This document shows positions 60,311-64,000 of a stretch of DNA of 64,000 nucleotides, piece by piece (position 1 is the first letter of the stretch; every line of letters begins with the position of its first letter). Location of the stretch: the NCBI GenBank assembly GCA_963751345.1, contig CAVVUS010000014.1, positions 224,001 through 288,000 on the forward strand, in the 5' to 3' direction. The notes under the pieces were generated by a model. That model saw only the letters and a list, made by a program, of their open reading frames with translations. It was not told the DNA's origin and did not search any database. The translations under genes were made by a program, and so were the position numbers. The DNA is from an uncultured Chloroflexia bacterium (GTDB lineage: Bacteria > Chloroflexota > Anaerolineae > B4-G1 > SLSP01).

Positions 60311-60923
60311 CTACCGCCCGGAGCCCATCGCTCCGAATCGAGCTCTTGCTTCCGCCAGGATGTGGAAGAAGATCTCTGCTTGATCTTTGGCATCTTGCAG
60401 CGCATTGTGGGTCAGTTTCCGCCCACCCAGATAACGTCCGGCGAGCGCTCGCATCGAGGTCTGAGCCCAATGCGCACCGGTCAGCCCCATATAGAACGCC
60501 TTGATATCCAACGCGCTGTGGCCGAAGGGGTTCCGTTGCAGACAGCGGTGGAAGTAATCGTTGACAAACATCCAGTCGAAAGGCGCATTGAGCGCCACAA
60601 AGACGGGTCGATGGGCGGGAGGCACCGTGCGGTCGAGCCAATCCTCGAATAGGGCCATCGCCCTCGTCGGGGGTGTGCCGGTTTCGGCCAATGCCTGCAT
60701 CGACAACCCGGAAATGGCCAGCGCACCCGGAATCGCCCGCCCTGTGACGGGCTGGAGCTCGATGTAGAACGCCTCACCGGTCCGAAATTCGGACTTCTGT
60801 GTCATCAACCCGGCATGCGCCGATGGACAGAAGATCATAGTCACCGGGGTTCGGACCGGAGGTCTCCACATCAACGGAGATGTAGGCCTCGCGTTGTATG
60901 CCCGGATGCGAGACGAATCCCAT
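60311..60923 (-). CDS. DEDDh 3'-5' exonuclease (frameshift near 60790)
   Basis: [14 protein letters not shown] (ExoI, other frame), NAPFDWMF (ExoII), HNALQDA (ExoIII). Confidence 0.85.
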
Positions 60924-60940
60924 AGAATCCTTTCAGGCAA

Positions 60941-63311
60941 CTACCGCTCGGCCCGTATTAGCCCGAGTGTCACGATGCTTTGCGATGCGGCCGTGAAATT
61001 CGCGCGGCGCTCTCGGATGGCCAGCTTGTGCTGAGGACGCTCGAGGGCATCACATACCTCCGCGGCCACAAAGCCGTCGGGTAGCTTGACCGAGCCGGAG
61101 ATCGGCCGATCGAGTGCGTTCCACAGCCGCAGGATCAACCTCGCACCATCCTCCGCAACCTTGAGAGTCGTCACCGGGCCGCCACCGAAGTCGACGTCGA
61201 GCGCATCCAGCGACGCCACGGTCGGCCTCCCGCCCGGCACCTGCAGGTAAGGAGGAACGCCGAACTGCTGTGCTTCCCGTATAGGCTGAAGCGGATCGTA
61301 GGCACCGGAAAGCACGAGACGGTAGCGAAAACGCCATCGACGCTGTCCGCCTTGGTTGAACTGCCAGTCATTGCGGGTCAGGTTCATCATCGGCATCGAG
61401 GTGATATTGGTGGTCAGTGGCGCGGCCGGAGCTCCCTCCCGCACGACCGCTGCTTCCCCAAACTGTACCAACAGGGCATCCGGTGTGAGCAGATACGCGC
61501 CAATCTCGTCTCCGTGCACGGCGGCAAAGGTCTGCGCCGCACAGAGGCTTGGGTTGGCACCCGGCAGATCGTTCCCCCCATCGGCAATGGCGCCGGCGAT
61601 CACTATGGCGCCCGCCATGATCGTAGCGGTAGCTGGGGTTGGAGATGGCCAGCGGAAAACAGAACTGGACCGATTGCTGGGGCTCGGACCATCCCCTCTC
61701 CAGGTCGTAGGCGACATCGATCCAGGGTCGACCGGCATGAAAGAACCAGTGCGTAGACCACTGAAACCCCCATCGTTCGCCGGTCGTCTCTACGGAGACG
61801 CCCTCCGGCCCACGCTTGCAGCGGATGTCGTGCACGACCGGGGCTGCGGCGGCGTGAGGCAATACCTCGGGGAAGACCTCCCCCGGTATGGGCTCGCCAT
61901 ATCGGGTATGTACGAACTCGCCCAGTCCGATTGCGGCATCCTGGGGCACCCATTCCCGACCCTCACCGTCGACAAGTGACGCGACAACACAGCGGCGACC
62001 GTCAAAGGACACCCGCCCGCCGCGCCAGGCAAAGGACAAGGACTCGTCAGCAGGCTGAGTCAGAGTCTGCCAGGGAACGCCATCAGGTTCCGGACTCAAG
62101 CCTCGGCCAATGGACAACGCCTCGGTCGCCGCAGCCGCACGCACCCCGGCTGAGATAGCAGCTCGAGCGCGATCTACCCCACCGAAGTCGTGCTCCGCAA
62201 AACGGAGCAGGGCATCGTACCCCTGCCGAATCGCGGCAGCTCGCTTCTCATCGCTGGGACCGCTGCTGGTTTCCAGCGCGTGGACTGCTTCAACCTGTCG
62301 AAGCAGACGCTCGGCCTCCCGGAAGTCCGCTGTCGGTCCCGCCAGGTGGGCAGCCCATTCCTCCCAGCAGATGCCAAAGGTACCCTCCTGCGTAGGAAGG
62401 GCCAGCCCCCGGGCCTCAACCTCCTGCGACACTGCCTCGAAGTACTCCTCATATCGCGCGTCAACCAGCCGCACGTCGCCGTCAGAGGCGTTGAACCGCC
62501 GAATGAAGGCCGCGATGTCATCCGTGCGTGTCCAATTGTCCCACCCGGTGCCCAGCAGCAGAATGCTGGAGACAGGATAGGCATCGCCATAAGCCTCATA
62601 CCGCTCGATCGTCGCTTCGATGAAGGCTACACGCCGGCGGTAGACCTCCTCTGTGTTGCGATCCCCGAAGTCCCGGATGTGGAGGGCATCCCACGTCTCC
62701 CCTGCCAGTCGCGCCAACTCGAAGGCCTCGGCATAACCGCCCCAACTGCCGGTGTCGCTGTAGAGATCCCAATGCACCAACAGTCGTTGTCCGCCGGGCC
62801 CAACCCACCAGAACAGCGGATATGGCTCGCGCTCGGCATAGTAGCTCTCCGCGCGAAGCGAGTAGATTCCCCGGCCCAGGTAGAGGAAGCCACCCTCAGC
62901 CACGATGCCGGCAATGCCCCAGGGCAGACCCGCATTTTCCATGATGAGGGCGGTGCGGCAAGGACGGCCTGCAGCCTCCTCGATGGGCAATGCGCCGTAA
63001 CAGGCTCGGATCGCGAGTTCCGAGCTCAACAGCCCCCAGAGCAGTACGGCGCGATTTCCCGCGTAACCGATCCGCCCCTCGTGGATGGCCCGCAGCAAGC
63101 AGCCGGCCGCTGCGTCGCCACGCTGCCGGCGATAGACCTCCAGCCATAGCGTGCCGTCCAGATTCCAGCGACCGTCAGTCCTCCGGGTGAGATCGAGGTA
63201 GTAGTCGACCAATGCCGCCATCCGCGTCTCGACTTCGACCGGCGAGCCGCACCAGTTGTAATCGAGATGTTTGTCCTGAGCGAGATAGATCGTCCACTGC
63301 CGTGATTTCAT
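60941..63311 (-). CDS. GH38-like glycoside hydrolase (frameshift near 61620)
   Basis: HLDYNW, YPLFWWVGPGGQRLLV, GWDN, EHDFG; C-terminal LKVAEDG...ILRLWN...DALER. Confidence 0.65.
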
Positions 63312-63429
63312 TGGCTATTCCCCTATCGACTGGAGTCAAGGTCCGATTCTACGCCGTCCCCTCGACGGTGCAACCTTGACGAGACCCCCGGAATTGCGGA
63401 ATCTGCGAAGTGCTGATAAGATCCCGGCT

Positions 63430-64000
63430 ATGACGACCCTATGGGACCCACCCCGCGAGTTCAGTCTGTCGCCGTTCTGGTTCTGGAACGATGCCCTGGA
63501 CGAGGATGAGATCGTGCGCCAGATCGCCGACTTCGAGGCCCACGGCGTCTACGGCTTTGTCATCCACCCGCGCGTCGGCCTGCCACGCGACATTGGCTGG
63601 ATGTCCGACCGCATGATGCACTTCATGCGCGTCGCGGTCGAGGAAGCCGCGCGGCGGGAGATGACCGTCATCCTCTATGACGAAGGGATGTACCCCTCCG
63701 GCTCTTCCTCGGGACAGGTGGTCGCCGCCAATCCCGCCTACGCCTGCCGCTGTCTGGCCCGCATCGAACTCGACGAGGAAGAGGCGCCCTCACTCCCGGC
63801 GGGACAGAACCTTGTCGCCGTGGTCGAACGCACGAACGGCCGCCGCATCGCCGTCATCGATCGCCCGGTCGACGCCGTCATCCGGGGCCTCCATTACATC
63901 GGCGAGGGGCCGGCGGAGGATCTGCCACCTGCGGCCGATCTGCTCAACCCTGCGTCGGTCGCCACGTTCATCCACCTGGTCTACGACCGCTATGCCGACG
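63430..64000 (+). CDS. GH106-like glycoside hydrolase (runs off the right window edge)
   Basis: PFWFWNDALDEDEIVRQIADF...GFVIHPRVGL...LYDEGMYPSGSSSGQV. Confidence 0.75.
   Translation, partial: MTTLWDPPREFSLSPFWFWNDALDEDEIVRQIADFEAHGVYGFVIHPRVGLPRDIGWMSDRMMHFMRVAVEEAARREMTVILYDEGMYPSGSSSGQVVAANPAYACRCLARIELDEEEAPSLPAGQNLVAVVERTNGRRIAVIDRPVDAVIRGLHYIGEGPAEDLPPAADLLNPASVATFIHLVYDRYAD

Noticed and set aside
58927-60923. Complete CBASS anti-phage operon
   Set aside because: No effector (TM, patatin, SAVED, TIR) or Cap2/Cap3 gene is adjacent; retained only as an NTase-exonuclease pair.

Overview
A GC-rich 64-kb bacterial chromosomal segment. Gene content (archaeal-type mevalonate genes, conservon-type GTPase/V4R/DUF4388 signalling cluster, recX-rny) suggests Chloroflexota, probably Anaerolineae; this is inference. 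Left to right: a minus-strand signalling cluster (multi-GAF sensor, REC-GGDEF, LbH protein, V4R, alpha/beta hydrolase, small GTPase, DUF4388), recN, an upper mevalonate operon, esterase/Fe-S/MFS/MBL genes, a HET-C-like gene, an ApbE/MsrQ-like/two-component operon, prsW, rny, recX, tRNA-Thr(CGT), udk, a ~15-kb surface-glycan locus, OsmC, an aldo/keto reductase, a molybdopterin operon, a nucleotidyltransferase-like gene plus DEDDh exonuclease, and two glycoside hydrolases. The most notable item is at 50137-58058 (minus strand). A Moco/Tuco riboswitch lacking P3, with a clear terminator/antiterminator, heads an operon. It encodes a TiaS-like protein, a fused ECF A-A-T module, a membrane-anchored Cys-less molybdopterin-oxidoreductase-fold protein and an ECF S-component, followed by moaA-moaC-moaD-moaE-moeA. 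This is a candidate uptake/salvage system for molybdenum/tungsten pterin cofactor. Several dispersed micro-repeat families are also present. Many single-base frameshifts in housekeeping genes point to long-read indel errors. All family assignments come from motif recognition by eye, not database searches.
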